DNA of 64,000 nucleotides, taken from Chiloscyllium plagiosum. Taxonomy: Eukaryota. The notes beneath the pieces are model-generated. The model worked only from the letters and a program-made list of their open reading frames with translations, ran no database searches and was not told the DNA's origin. The stretch's first letter is position 1, and the number at the start of each line of letters is the position of its first letter. The stretch lies in the NCBI RefSeq assembly GCF_004010195.1, contig NC_057754.1, forward strand, positions 4,561,220 through 4,625,219, given 5' to 3'. Below are positions 37,720 to 47,990 of this stretch, piece by piece. A program made the position numbers and the translations under genes.

Positions 37720-37930
37720 TCTTTTGATGTTGGAGGGGGAAGGGGTTCGCGCGCGGCCAACGGAATTTCAAAACAACTTTCCCGCGTGCCAGTCGTTTCC
37801 CGCCCAAATGCCTCCAGCGCATGTGCCGAACCTCCATCTTTTTTAACGGCTCCTGCCAACCGTTCTTTGTGCGCACGCGCCGGACGAAGGTTGGTTGGTT
37901 GGCCGGTCAATCGGGAAGGAGGGGAATAGC
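37720..37930 (-). promoter_or_regulatory. TOP6BL CpG-island promoter / 5' UTR
   Basis: CpG-dense; E2F TTTCCCGC twice (37778, 37796), CHR TTTGAA on minus (37767-37772), MYB YAACNG (37758, 37844, 37857), NRF1 TGCGCACGCGC (37870-37880). Confidence 0.75.
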
Positions 37931-39059
37931 TAATTGCCCTTGAAAAGAAAATAGCATGGGAGTTTATTCCTGGCGTGTGAGTGATGTTGGTAAGGTTATC
38001 ATTCAGTGCCTGCATGGATGTCGCTCCAACAAGCCGTCTTGGCAGCAATGTCTAATCACTAATGTCAACCACGTCTCCATTGGTAGCCTCTGGTTCCTGG
38101 TTCAAGTCCCAATCCAGGTATTTGAGTGAAAACGTCAGAAAAAAAAATTGCAGCAGTTCAGTGTAGATGGAGCAACTGCACAGTTGGAGGCCCAGTTTTT
38201 CGAATGAGATGTTGAACCGATCCACCTGCTTGGGTTGATGTAAAATGCCCCTCCTTGGGAAGAAGACCAGGAAGGTCGTCCAGAGTGCCCTAGCTGATGA
38301 ATCCCAGAATGGTTAGGGCACAGTAGGAGGCCTTTCAGTCTGTTGTGTTCATGGTGACTCTGGAGGAGCAATTCTCCCACCTTTCAAAATGGGTCAACAT
38401 CACAAAACTGGAATAGGTAGCCATCATCATGTTGCTGTTTGCAGGAACTTGCTGTGTGCTTATTGCCTATAGTGTTTCCTTCATTGCAACAATGACTATA
38501 CTTAGTTGGCTGTGATGTGATGACCAGTTGCTGTGATAAATGCAAGTCTTTATTCAGTTGTTCTGGGTTAGGGGTGAAATGCTATTGACGCATTGATGAT
38601 GAAGGAATAGAGGTAATTGCTTGATGTAGAGAGAAACGAGTGCATTCTGTAGGTTATGTGGTTATAAAAACGTAGAGTTCAGAAGGAAACCATTCAATTC
38701 ATCATGCCTGTGCTGGCTTTTTGAAAGTCTCTTTTCCCTATAAACTTGCACATATTGCTTTCAGGTATTGATTCCAACTTCCTTTTGAAAAACCATATTC
38801 AATACACCCTTTTAAGGCAGTACATTTCAGATGACAATAACTTGCCGTGTTTCAAAAATTATCATTATTCCCTTTACTCTTTTTGCCAATGTTCATAGCA
38901 TATTGAGAAAAAAAAGTACAGTTGCTGTTAATCTTCCCCACCAGAAGTCATCCTGATGTTTGCACCTATGCCTTGTTTCCAAATCTGTTTATTCCTTTCC
39001 TTCAACCAACTATTTAAGTTATTTTTAAATGTTGGATATGGTTTCTGCTTCAATTGTTA

Positions 39060-40850
39060 TCTGTGGGTATGTTTGCTGAGTTGGGAAGTTGATTTGCAAA
39101 TGTTTTGTCCCCCGTCTATGTGACACTTCAGTGCTTTGGAACCTCCTGTGAAGCACTGCTGTAGTGTGTCTTCTGGTATTTATTTGGTTCCATTCCTGCT
39201 GCTTCCGGTTACCGGTTCTGGTTGTTTGTTGTAGTGGCTGGTATGTTGGATCTAGATCTATGTGTTGATGAAGTCCATGGATGAGTGCCATGCTTCTAGA
39301 AATTCTCTGGTTGTCCTATGTTTAACTTGTCCTATGATTGTTGTGTTGTCCCAGTCGAATTTGTTGTCCTTGTCATTTGGGTGTGTATGGCTACTAGGGT
39401 CAGCTGGTCATGGCGTTTAGTGGCTAGTTGGTGTTCGTGGATGTGGATTGCTAGTTGTCTGCCTGTTTGTCCTAAATAGCGTTTCATGCAGTCTTTACAT
39501 GGAAACTTGTAAATTACATTAGTCTTGCACATAATGAGTATAGGGTCTTTTGTTCTGGGTGAGTTGTTTTCTGAGCGTGGCTGTCGGTTTATGGTCTGTC
39601 ATGAATCCGAGTGGTTGCAGAAGTCTGGCTGTTAGTTCCAAGACCTTTTTTATATATGGTAGCATGGCCAGTGTGTTGGGTCGGGGTATATCCTTGATGC
39701 ATTGTTTATCTGCTAGGCATCTGCAGATGAAGTTGTAGGGATCTCTGTTCTTGGTGAAGACTCTGTAAAGGTGTCTTCTTCTCATTGCAGATCGATAATT
39801 TTGTAATTATCAAGAGAACAGAGGTTGAGAACACACTAGATTATCAACACCATGCTCACAGGGATCAGATTTGCAAGAGTGGAGGAAACCAACAACTATC
39901 TCCCATTCCCAGATGCGATGGTAGAAAGGACACAGAACGGTGAATACACTACAAGAATGTACAGAAAAGCCACATCCTGAACTACAACAGCAACCACCCA
40001 AACACACATGAGAGGCTGCATGTTCAAAAGGGCTACAATATACTGCAGCATTCCTGTCCTGCTAAAAGAAGAAGAAGAAAACTTCTACAGAGTCTTCACC
40101 AAGAACAGATATCCCTGCATCTTCATCCGCAGATACCTAGCAGACAAAGAACATGCCATGACCCAACACACTAGCCACGCTATGGTATTTTAAAAAAAAG
40201 TCTCAGGACTAACGACCAGACTTTTCCGACCACTCTGGCTCATGACAGCCCATAAACCTGACAGCCACATTCAGACAACAAATCACCAGAACAAAAGATG
40301 CTATACTGATTACGTGCAAGAGCAATGTAATTTACAAGATTCCATGAAAGACTGCATGAAACACTAGATAGGACAAATAGGCAGACAACTAGCAACCCAC
40401 ATCCATGAGCACCAACTAACCACTAAACGACATGACCAGCTGTCTCTTGTAGCCATACACACCCCAATGACAAGGACCACAAATTTGACTGGGACAACAC
40501 AACGATCATAGGACAACTAGAGAATTTCTAGAAACATGGCATCATCCACACACCCCATCATAAAACAGACCTAGACCCAATATACTAGCCACTACAATGA
40601 ACAGGTGGAACCTACACCCAATATATCAGCCACTACAATGAACAGCTGGAGCCAGCAACCGGAATGAGGAGGAATGGAACCAAATAAATTCCAGAAGAGA
40701 GAGTACAGCAGTGCTTCACAGGAGACTTAAAAGCACTGCAGATGTCACCTAGACAGAAGACGAAACTTCTGAAAATCAACTTCCCAGCTTGGAAAACATA
40801 CCCACAGCTTTGGCAACCAGCATCCAAGCTACAAATATTTACACAAACCT
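39060..40850. mobile_element. Penelope-like element as a long inverted pair
   Basis: Minus arm 39060-39790 (CKTNVIYKFPCKDCMKRYLGQTGRQLA) and plus arm ~39790-40850 with the same RT-thumb/GIY-YIG sequence. Confidence 0.88.
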
Positions 40851-41569
40851 TGATAACTCTCTGTGTCTCTGTATTGTTGACAGACAACATTAGCCTCCCT
40901 TTGGGGACTTGCAGGACATGCGATCTTTGATATAAACGGTAAGACATGTCTGAGACTGTTTCATATGATAATTTTCATTGGGTGCTGCAGGAATGGTGTG
41001 TTATCCCAGTGTGTGAAGGAGTCTGAGCAGAAGTTTAAAGGAGAAACATAAGATGTTATTTGCAAACTTTGAGAGGTAGTGTGAAGAGTTCCAACTTGCT
41101 GTTTTCCCATTCTCTAGTACCTCCATGCAAAGAACCATTGATGCTTTCCTCTTATAAGGAGTCATGATTGCAGCATTTTGTGAACCTTTTTCTAGCAACA
41201 TGTTATGCCTCCAGTTATTTGTAGTCTCATCCTATATGAAAAATACATCTGTTGGAAAGACGAATGTGCAACATAGCATGTAAAACCTGAGTGCTCAAGT
41301 AACTATAATTGCATTGAGGGACCTTGTGGCCAGGGTATATGATGCTTCCAACAATGTTTAATGCCCCATGTAAACATATCTGGAATGATTTCACGACATA
41401 ATGCTCTGCTTCAGTAATAGGATGTTTTGGAAGATTTGTATCACTATGTGTACGACATTGTCCCTCTTGAATAAAATAGCTTTATAAAATATGTAAAATA
41501 TTTGAAAAGTGTAGTGTACGTCTATCCACTTACCATGTTAAAATTGCCAAATTACAGCACATAGTTAGA

Positions 41570-42510
41570 CCTAGGACACTTAGTCTTCAGCTGCACCATC
41601 ATTAGCCTTCCCTCCATCATAAGGTTAGAAGTGGGATGTTTGCTGATGATTGTAAAATGTTCAGTACCTTTTATATTTCCTCAAGTACTAAAACAGCCCA
41701 TGTACACATGCAGCAGGACTTGGATGCAATCTAGGCTTGAGCTGATATCCAGTAAATAACATTTGTGCCATGCAAGTGCCAGACAATGACCATTTCAAGT
41801 ACAATAATATTTATAATTTCCCTTTGCTGTTCATGGCATTACCATTGCTGGCTCCCACACCATTCACATCCTTAGGGTCACAATTAAGCAGAACCCAAAC
41901 TGGACAGTCGTTCAAATACTGTGGCTGCAAGAACAGGTCAGAGACTAGAAATTCAGTGATGGGTAACTCACCTCCCGTCTCTCCAATGTCCCCATCTTCA
42001 TGGAGTAAGTCAGAAGTGAGATGGATTATTTTCCACTTGCCTGGATGGATGCAACACCTACAACATTTAAGAGGCTTAACATCATCCAAAGCAGTCCACT
42101 TGATTGGCACCACGTCCACCAGTTTCAATAAGTTTCATCACTATTGCACAGTGGCAGTAGTGTGCACCATCCACAAGATGCATTATAACAACTCACCAAG
42201 GTTCTTTCAACATCATGTTACAAACCTCTGATTTCTACCAGCTCAAAGGACAAAGGCAGCAGATGTGTAGCAACATCACATCTGAGTTCCCCACTAACCC
42301 ACTCACCATCTAATTTGAAACTCTCCATTTCTTCATTGTTAGCAGATCAAAATCCTGGAAATCCCTTCTTAAAGCACTGCAAATGCATCAATACCCAACC
42401 AGAGCAGCAGTTCAAGAAAGCAGCTCACCATAGCCTTGACAAGGCAATTAGAGATGGGCAATAAATGTTGGCCTAGCCAGTGTTGCCTAAATTGTGAATG
42501 AATTAAAAAC
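41570..42510 (+). mobile_element. Decayed CR1/L2-like LINE 3' portion
   Basis: ..FADDC.MF.. RT remnant and 3' end gggcaataaatgttggcctagccag. Confidence 0.7.
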
Positions 42511-43635
42511 TAAACACTTACTTCTAAATTATAGGTCATAGGTTAAACAATAACCATTCTTGTCATTGCTGTTTACTGCAGGGCAGTTGCTGCCTTTGCA
42601 AGACCTCCTACAACATTCCTTCAGAGTAATGTAATTGAGTCAGTCCATTCTGCCATCATCTGTTTTTGATGAATTTTCAGCTGCCGAGCTTTAAATTGTA
42701 AATTTAAAGAGCAGCTGAAATGGGTAATCTACTCTTCCCTTCCCCACCTCTGCTTTCCCCACATCCGTTATACGATGGGGATGCTGAAGTGCTTGACTTG
42801 ATTGTATGGGCATCTTGCCCTGCATGCACTACTTCGCTGCAGTGGTCTGACCTTGCAGTATTGGAAATATTTTCAGCCCACAGTCTTCAAAATTCTTTCT
42901 TTCCCTACCTGTTGTAACTGAAGACTTTTGATACCTCTGTTATTATATTGACTTATTTTATAGTTCATTTACAGTTGCAGACTGGAAGAGTTAATTTTGT
43001 GGAGGACTCATTACCTGCTGACATAACTGGGAAGCACGATAAGTTACTGCTCATTATAATCACTGGGTGCTCTCTGTTAAGAAGCAAGGACTGGTTCGAA
43101 CAGTGATTATCACTGATAATGTTTTATGCTTAGAGTTAAGGAAGATATGATTGATTAATATAGGAAAAGATGCCAGTTTTTCTTCTAGTAGTGACCAGGC
43201 CAATACCAAGTACTGTTCAGTTATTACAAGGGAGATGTAATCATTTATATGGAGTTATACCTGTTTTCCAGCTGTTCAATAAGCCAGTTTAATGCACACC
43301 AGTCTCTCTGCTGTCAACTTAGCTCATTCTGCTCTCAAATATCATGTTCTTTTTCGTTCTGGGTGAACAATTATACAATTTGCAGAGTACATAATTCCAA
43401 AGGGGCGCATACATAAGCCATGCTGCATCAGACTTTTACAGATCATTAGCTATTCGCCAGTGTTCATTGTTATATTTGATATTTTAACAGTATATACATT
43501 TAAATTGTTGTTTAATTAGCAATGGTGCGTAAGTCACTGAGATTTGCTGACAGAGGTACCTTCCAAGCAAGAAATTCTTGACACCACTGACTTTATGGTT
43601 TATGTTTGCCTCCTATCATTTTAAGGTTCACATGA

Positions 43636-45237
43636 TTAGACAGAAGGGATGGGGATATGTTTTGCTGAAGTACTGTCACAATCCTGCATGAAGTCTGATG
43701 TTTTTGAGATGTGGTAGTACATTCCAGTGTAGGACTGAACTGAACCAAAAGTATATCTCCTGGGCTGCAAATTTGTAGGGGTGCTGTCTTCCTGGGAGAT
43801 GCTGCTGTTGTAGATACTGTAGTATGGCTCCATCCTAGTGTTAATAGGGGTGGAGGCACTATGTGCTTTTTGCTGGTACTCAACAGACGTGAAGATGTCT
43901 TTTGAATTGCTTGGTCCACAGGCCTGGTCTACGAGCTTTTTTTGTGACTTGGGGGAGAGGATGTAGGCTGAATTGGTATCGTGGTGAGAAGACTTGTTCC
44001 TGTTCAAAACCAGGCTACCATCCCCAACTGCTTTCAGTCTTGTTTTCTGCTTGCAGCACAGCAGGAGGGCCATAAACTGTGTGCACCAAGCCACCTTCTT
44101 GCGGAGACCAGAGTTGTTGCGAGAATAGATAAATGGATTGAGACCTGACCTAAAAAACACCAAGGTTAATCCGCACAGCTCAAATTGGTAGATGATAAAG
44201 CTGCTCTCTGAGGATAAGACATCATGCACCAGAGCTACGCCCAATGGCAGGCAGCAGACCACTGATAATAGTATCATAACACAGGTCACTACTGCTTTGG
44301 AGTCCTTAACAGCTGAAAGGTTCACTGTGTGTTCTAGCTTCTTGTTGGAAGTAGTCACATTTTTGCTTTCATTGTGTGTATATAGGTGTGTTTGCACATG
44401 AGATGTCTTGTTGCATTTCTGCTTTCTGTATAAAGAGGGCCCTGATCCATCTGGATGGACGAAACAGTCGTGCTTTTTGGGGTCAACCACTGTAATCACA
44501 GGGCAGCGCCGTACCTGTGCATTCTTGTGGAGAGTTTGAGCAATCATAGCATAAGAAATTGCAACAATGCCCACACAGAGGGTAAAGTCCACTACATATG
44601 TGTATAAAATGGCCTTGCCATCTTCGTTAATGAGCCCAAGCAATGGGACACAGATCTTCGAGCTGTGGTATTTAGTCATGGCTGACAATGTGGCTAGGGT
44701 AAAACTGATGACCCACAAAACAACAGTAAGGAGAAGTGTACAGACAAATGAGGAGGAATGATTCGTTCGCTGCCCTAGCACCATTCTTAGACGATGGAGA
44801 GCGATCACGGCCACTGTTTTCAAAGACATTATGACGAACCCTGTGCTAGTGAGGTGGAATGCAAAACAGAAGGTATCTGACATATTGCTCCTGTTATCAA
44901 TGAACATCACAAAGGCAAACATGGGGACTGCAATGAGGCAGATGAAGAGGTCACAGAAAGACAGATTCAGGATCATGAAATCAAAATGTGTCCTAAATTT
45001 CCTGAAAGCAGGATTGAAGAAGGAGGAAAATACAATTACATTGCCATAGGATCCCAGGCAGAAAACCAGTATGAGCAGCAAGGTGCAGGTGGCCAGTGTA
45101 GCCTTGTGGATTGCTGTTTGTACTTCCGTTCGATTTTTCCCTGGAGAACAGTTTGTGAGCACTGGGAAAATACATTCTGGAGTTGTGTTCATGCTGAAGA
45201 GGAGTTTTTCTTTTATAAAAGATGGCTGGAAATCCAT
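43636..45237 (-). CDS. GPR75: GPR75-family orphan class A GPCR (probably a GPR75 paralog/ohnolog); single coding exon
   Basis: 533-aa ORF with 7 hydrophobic segments and GPR75 signatures [38 protein letters not shown] (HRL in place of DRY), [21 protein letters not shown] and C-terminal IP.PSV. The second ATG (45192, MNTT) corresponds to human MNST. Splice acceptor tttcag|G at 45301/45300. The symbol denotes the family; orthology is uncertain. Confidence 0.96.
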   Translation of the reverse strand: MDFQPSFIKEKLLFSMNTTPECIFPVLTNCSPGKNRTEVQTAIHKATLATCTLLLILVFCLGSYGNVIVFSSFFNPAFRKFRTHFDFMILNLSFCDLFICLIAVPMFAFVMFIDNRSNMSDTFCFAFHLTSTGFVIMSLKTVAVIALHRLRMVLGQRTNHSSSFVCTLLLTVVLWVISFTLATLSAMTKYHSSKICVPLLGLINEDGKAILYTYVVDFTLCVGIVAISYAMIAQTLHKNAQVRRCPVITVVDPKKHDCFVHPDGSGPSLYRKQKCNKTSHVQTHLYTHNESKNVTTSNKKLEHTVNLSAVKDSKAVVTCVMILLSVVCCLPLGVALVHDVLSSESSFIIYQFELCGLTLVFFRSGLNPFIYSRNNSGLRKKVAWCTQFMALLLCCKQKTRLKAVGDGSLVLNRNKSSHHDTNSAYILSPKSQKKLVDQACGPSNSKDIFTSVEYQQKAHSASTPINTRMEPYYSIYNSSISQEDSTPTNLQPRRYTFGSVQSYTGMYYHISKTSDFMQDCDSTSAKHIPIPSV

Positions 45238-46310
45238 TGATGTAGGTAGCTTGCTTGGCTGATGATTCTTTAATGAGTTTTGATCAATTTGTTATGGCAC
45301 CTGAAATCAGAAAAGTGAATAATACAGTTTTGTTTTGTGGATAGAGAATACTGTAAAGATACACAATTTTTATAAAGTTTGTTTTTCTAAATTTTTGCAT
45401 CTGTAGGCATGAATTTCCTATCCATCTTCCAAGTGCCATATGCTGTTCCTGTACATGTTCAAGATTAACAGTACAACATGGTCTGTGAGTTCTCCTGCTG
45501 CTATTCAATTAACAATTATTGGAAGTCAAATCAAGACAGGGCACAGTCATACAACCTACATCTTTTCAGCAAGAAGCTATTTGATGTCTATGGTATCTCA
45601 GCAATCAGAAGGGGCAGGAGCTCACTATGTGGTGAATCATGGACAATAGACCAGGTCTGTTAGAGTGGAGAGTCTTTAATGTGGGTGCAATGGAACGTTT
45701 TTGGCAGCTGAGGGCTGATTTTACATAGCCAGCTGTTTGAATTGAAAAGTCACTGAATCATTCATCCATCCCAAATGCAATAAATGGGGTGCCTAGCCTA
45801 TCAACTGCAGATGTTAGGAAATCAGATGCACATCACTCACAATCTTCTTGATCATACACCCAGTGGAGTTCTCCAGCTCTTCCTCTTTTAAGACATCTTA
45901 AAATCTACATTCTTGACCAAACGTTTTGTCACCTGTCCAAATATCTGCTCAGTTGAGTTCAGATGACAAAACACATAATGTACATAGGTATAATTTACTA
46001 AATGAATTCTAAAAATGCAAGTTGCCACTGTATGTTCTAATAGAAGGTGCCTTAAGTTAAAACTGCTTTGTTTTTCAACTAAGTATTCTATCCACTACTA
46101 AGTATTGCAGAACTCGTGATAAACATGTCCTTAGAAACTGCGTCAATACTGTGCCACACACTAAAGGGATGAACCCTTGACGCACCAATAAAATCACGCT
46201 CCACTGTGAAGCATATGACAGCGCATCTGTAAATAAAAATTATGGATCTTGAAATTGCTGCTGTCATTATCACTTATACAGGCAGTTACATTGTCTTCAG
46301 TTTTTTAATA

Positions 46311-46385
46311 ATGTTTGTTTCCACATGCATGGCAGACTTAATGCGTTGTGTTTACACAAACCTCCATTCCCCTTTAACTGCCTTT
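46311..46385 (+). repeat. ~75-bp direct repeat, copy 1 (copy 2 at 48447-48521)
   Basis: atgtttgtttccacatgcatggcagac..tgtgtttacacaaacctccat..cccttta.ctgccttt; 4 mismatches between copies. Confidence 0.9.
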
Positions 46386-46829
46386 TTTATTAACAAAAAG
46401 TATCTCAATTAGTTTTGTAGTTTTGGATATTGGTGCTGAAAATGTGTTGCTGGAAAAGCGTAGCAGGTCAGGCAGCATCCAAGGAGCAGGAGAATTGACG
46501 TTTCGGGCATGAGCCCTTCTTCAGGAATGAGGAAAGTTCCGAAAAGACCACTCCCTCCGTGACTCCCTTGTCAGGTCCACACCCCCTACCAACCCAACCT
46601 CCACTCCCGGCACCTTCCCCTGCAACCGCAAGAAATGCAAAACTTGCACCCACACCTCCCCCCTTACTTCCCTCCAAGACCCCAAGGGATCCTTCCATAT
46701 CCGCCACAAATTCACCTGCAACTCCACACACATCATTTACTGCATCCGCTGCACCCGATGTGGCCTCCTCTATATTGGGGAGACAGGCTGCCTACTTGCG
46801 GAACGTTTCAGAGAACACCTCTGGGACAC

Positions 46830-46911
46830 NNNNNNNNNNNNNNNNNNNNNNNNNNNNNNNNNNNNNNNNNNNNNNNNNNNNNNNNNNNNNNNNNNNNNNN
46901 NNNNNNNNNNN
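46830..46911. other. Assembly gap (82 N)
   Basis: Run of N inside the Penelope element. Confidence 1.
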
Positions 46912-47014
46912 TCACCCTCACCTTGACCTCCTTCCACCTATCGCATTTCCAACGCCCCTCCCCCAAGTCCCTCCTCCATACCTTTTATCTTAGCCTGCTG
47001 GACACACTTTCCTC

Positions 47015-47050
47015 ATTCCTGAAGAAGGGTTCATGCCCGAAACGTCGATT
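47015..47050 (+). ncRNA. Minimal hammerhead ribozyme motif (inverted sister copy at 46492-46529, minus)
   Basis: CTGAAGA-A-GGGT(TCAT)GCCC-GAAA-CGTC; sister copy CTGAAGA-A-GGGC(TCAT)GCCC-GAAA-CGTC. Confidence 0.7.
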
Positions 47051-47159
47051 CTCCTGCTCCTTGGATGCTGCCTGACCTGCTGCGCTTTTCCAGCAACACA
47101 TTTTCAGCTCTGATCTCCAGCATCTGCAGTCCTCACTTTCTCCCTTTGGATATTGGTGA

Positions 47160-47990
47160 GCAGGTCATTGCTAAGTAGGTGCTGATTGATAGCACCATTG
47201 ATGGCAGCTTCCATCATTTTACTGATGGGTCAAGAGTAGACTCATGGGGCAGTAATTGGGTGGGATTGGATTTGTCCTGCTTTTTGAGTACAGGACGTAC
47301 TGTGGCAATTTTCCAGATTTTTGGTTAGATGCTAGTGTTGTAACTGTATTGGAACAGATTGGCTAGGAAATCGAGGGCAGGTAATAGGCCAGCACGGAAT
47401 GTCCAGGTGGATGGAGTGTTTTGGAGGTGGGCGAAGGGGTCCTTGGAAGGTGGGCGGGAGTCCTGATTGTGAAAGTAAGCTCTGAGGTGGAGGCGCGGAT
47501 CGGCAGATTCTGGAGCACAAATTTTCAGTACTATTGCCGGAATGTTGTCAGAGCCAATAGTCTTTGCAGTATCCAGTGCCTCCAATCATTTTTTGATATC
47601 ATGAGTGAATCAAATTGGCTGAAGATTAGTATCTGTGATGCTGGGTCCACTAAAGAAGGTGGATCATCCAATCGGCACTTCTGGCTGAAGATTGCTGCAA
47701 ATACTTCAGCCTTCTCTTTTGCTCTGATGCGCTGGGCCCTTTCATTGTTGGGGATGGAGATATTTGTAGAGCCTCTTCTTCCAGTGAATTGTTTAATTGT
47801 CCACTGTCATTTATGACTGGATGTGGCAGGACTACAGCAGTTAGGTCTGATCAGTTGGTTGTGAGATCGTTTAGCTCTGTCTATCACTTGCTACTGACAT
47901 TGTTTTTGCACACAAGTAGTCCTGTTTGGTAGTCCTGTTAACACCTAATTTTTAGGTTGTTCCTGGCATGACCGCCTGCACTCTCATCCC
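47160..47990 (-). mobile_element. Decayed CR1/L2-like LINE fragment with an embedded PLE piece (~47370-47500)
   Basis: Minus ORF ..LDTAKTIGSDNIPAIVLKICAPE..LANLFQYSYNT, interrupted by RLHLRAYFHNQDSRPPS.DPFAHLQ (PLE N-terminal region). Confidence 0.65.

Larger units (their letters stand above)
46436..47144 (+). mobile_element. Young Penelope-like element with inverted 5' pLTR copy and 14-bp TSD; contains assembly gap
   Basis: ..HIIYCIRCTRCGLLYIGETGCLLAERFREHL GIY-YIG motif; 46436-46537 is an inverted copy of 47007-47107; TSD TTTGGATATTGGTG at 46422-46435 and 47145-47158. Confidence 0.9.

Noticed and set aside
37496-38048. Overlapping 85-135 aa ORFs
   Set aside because: CpG-island artefacts; only METALRQ splices in frame to TOP6BL exon 2.
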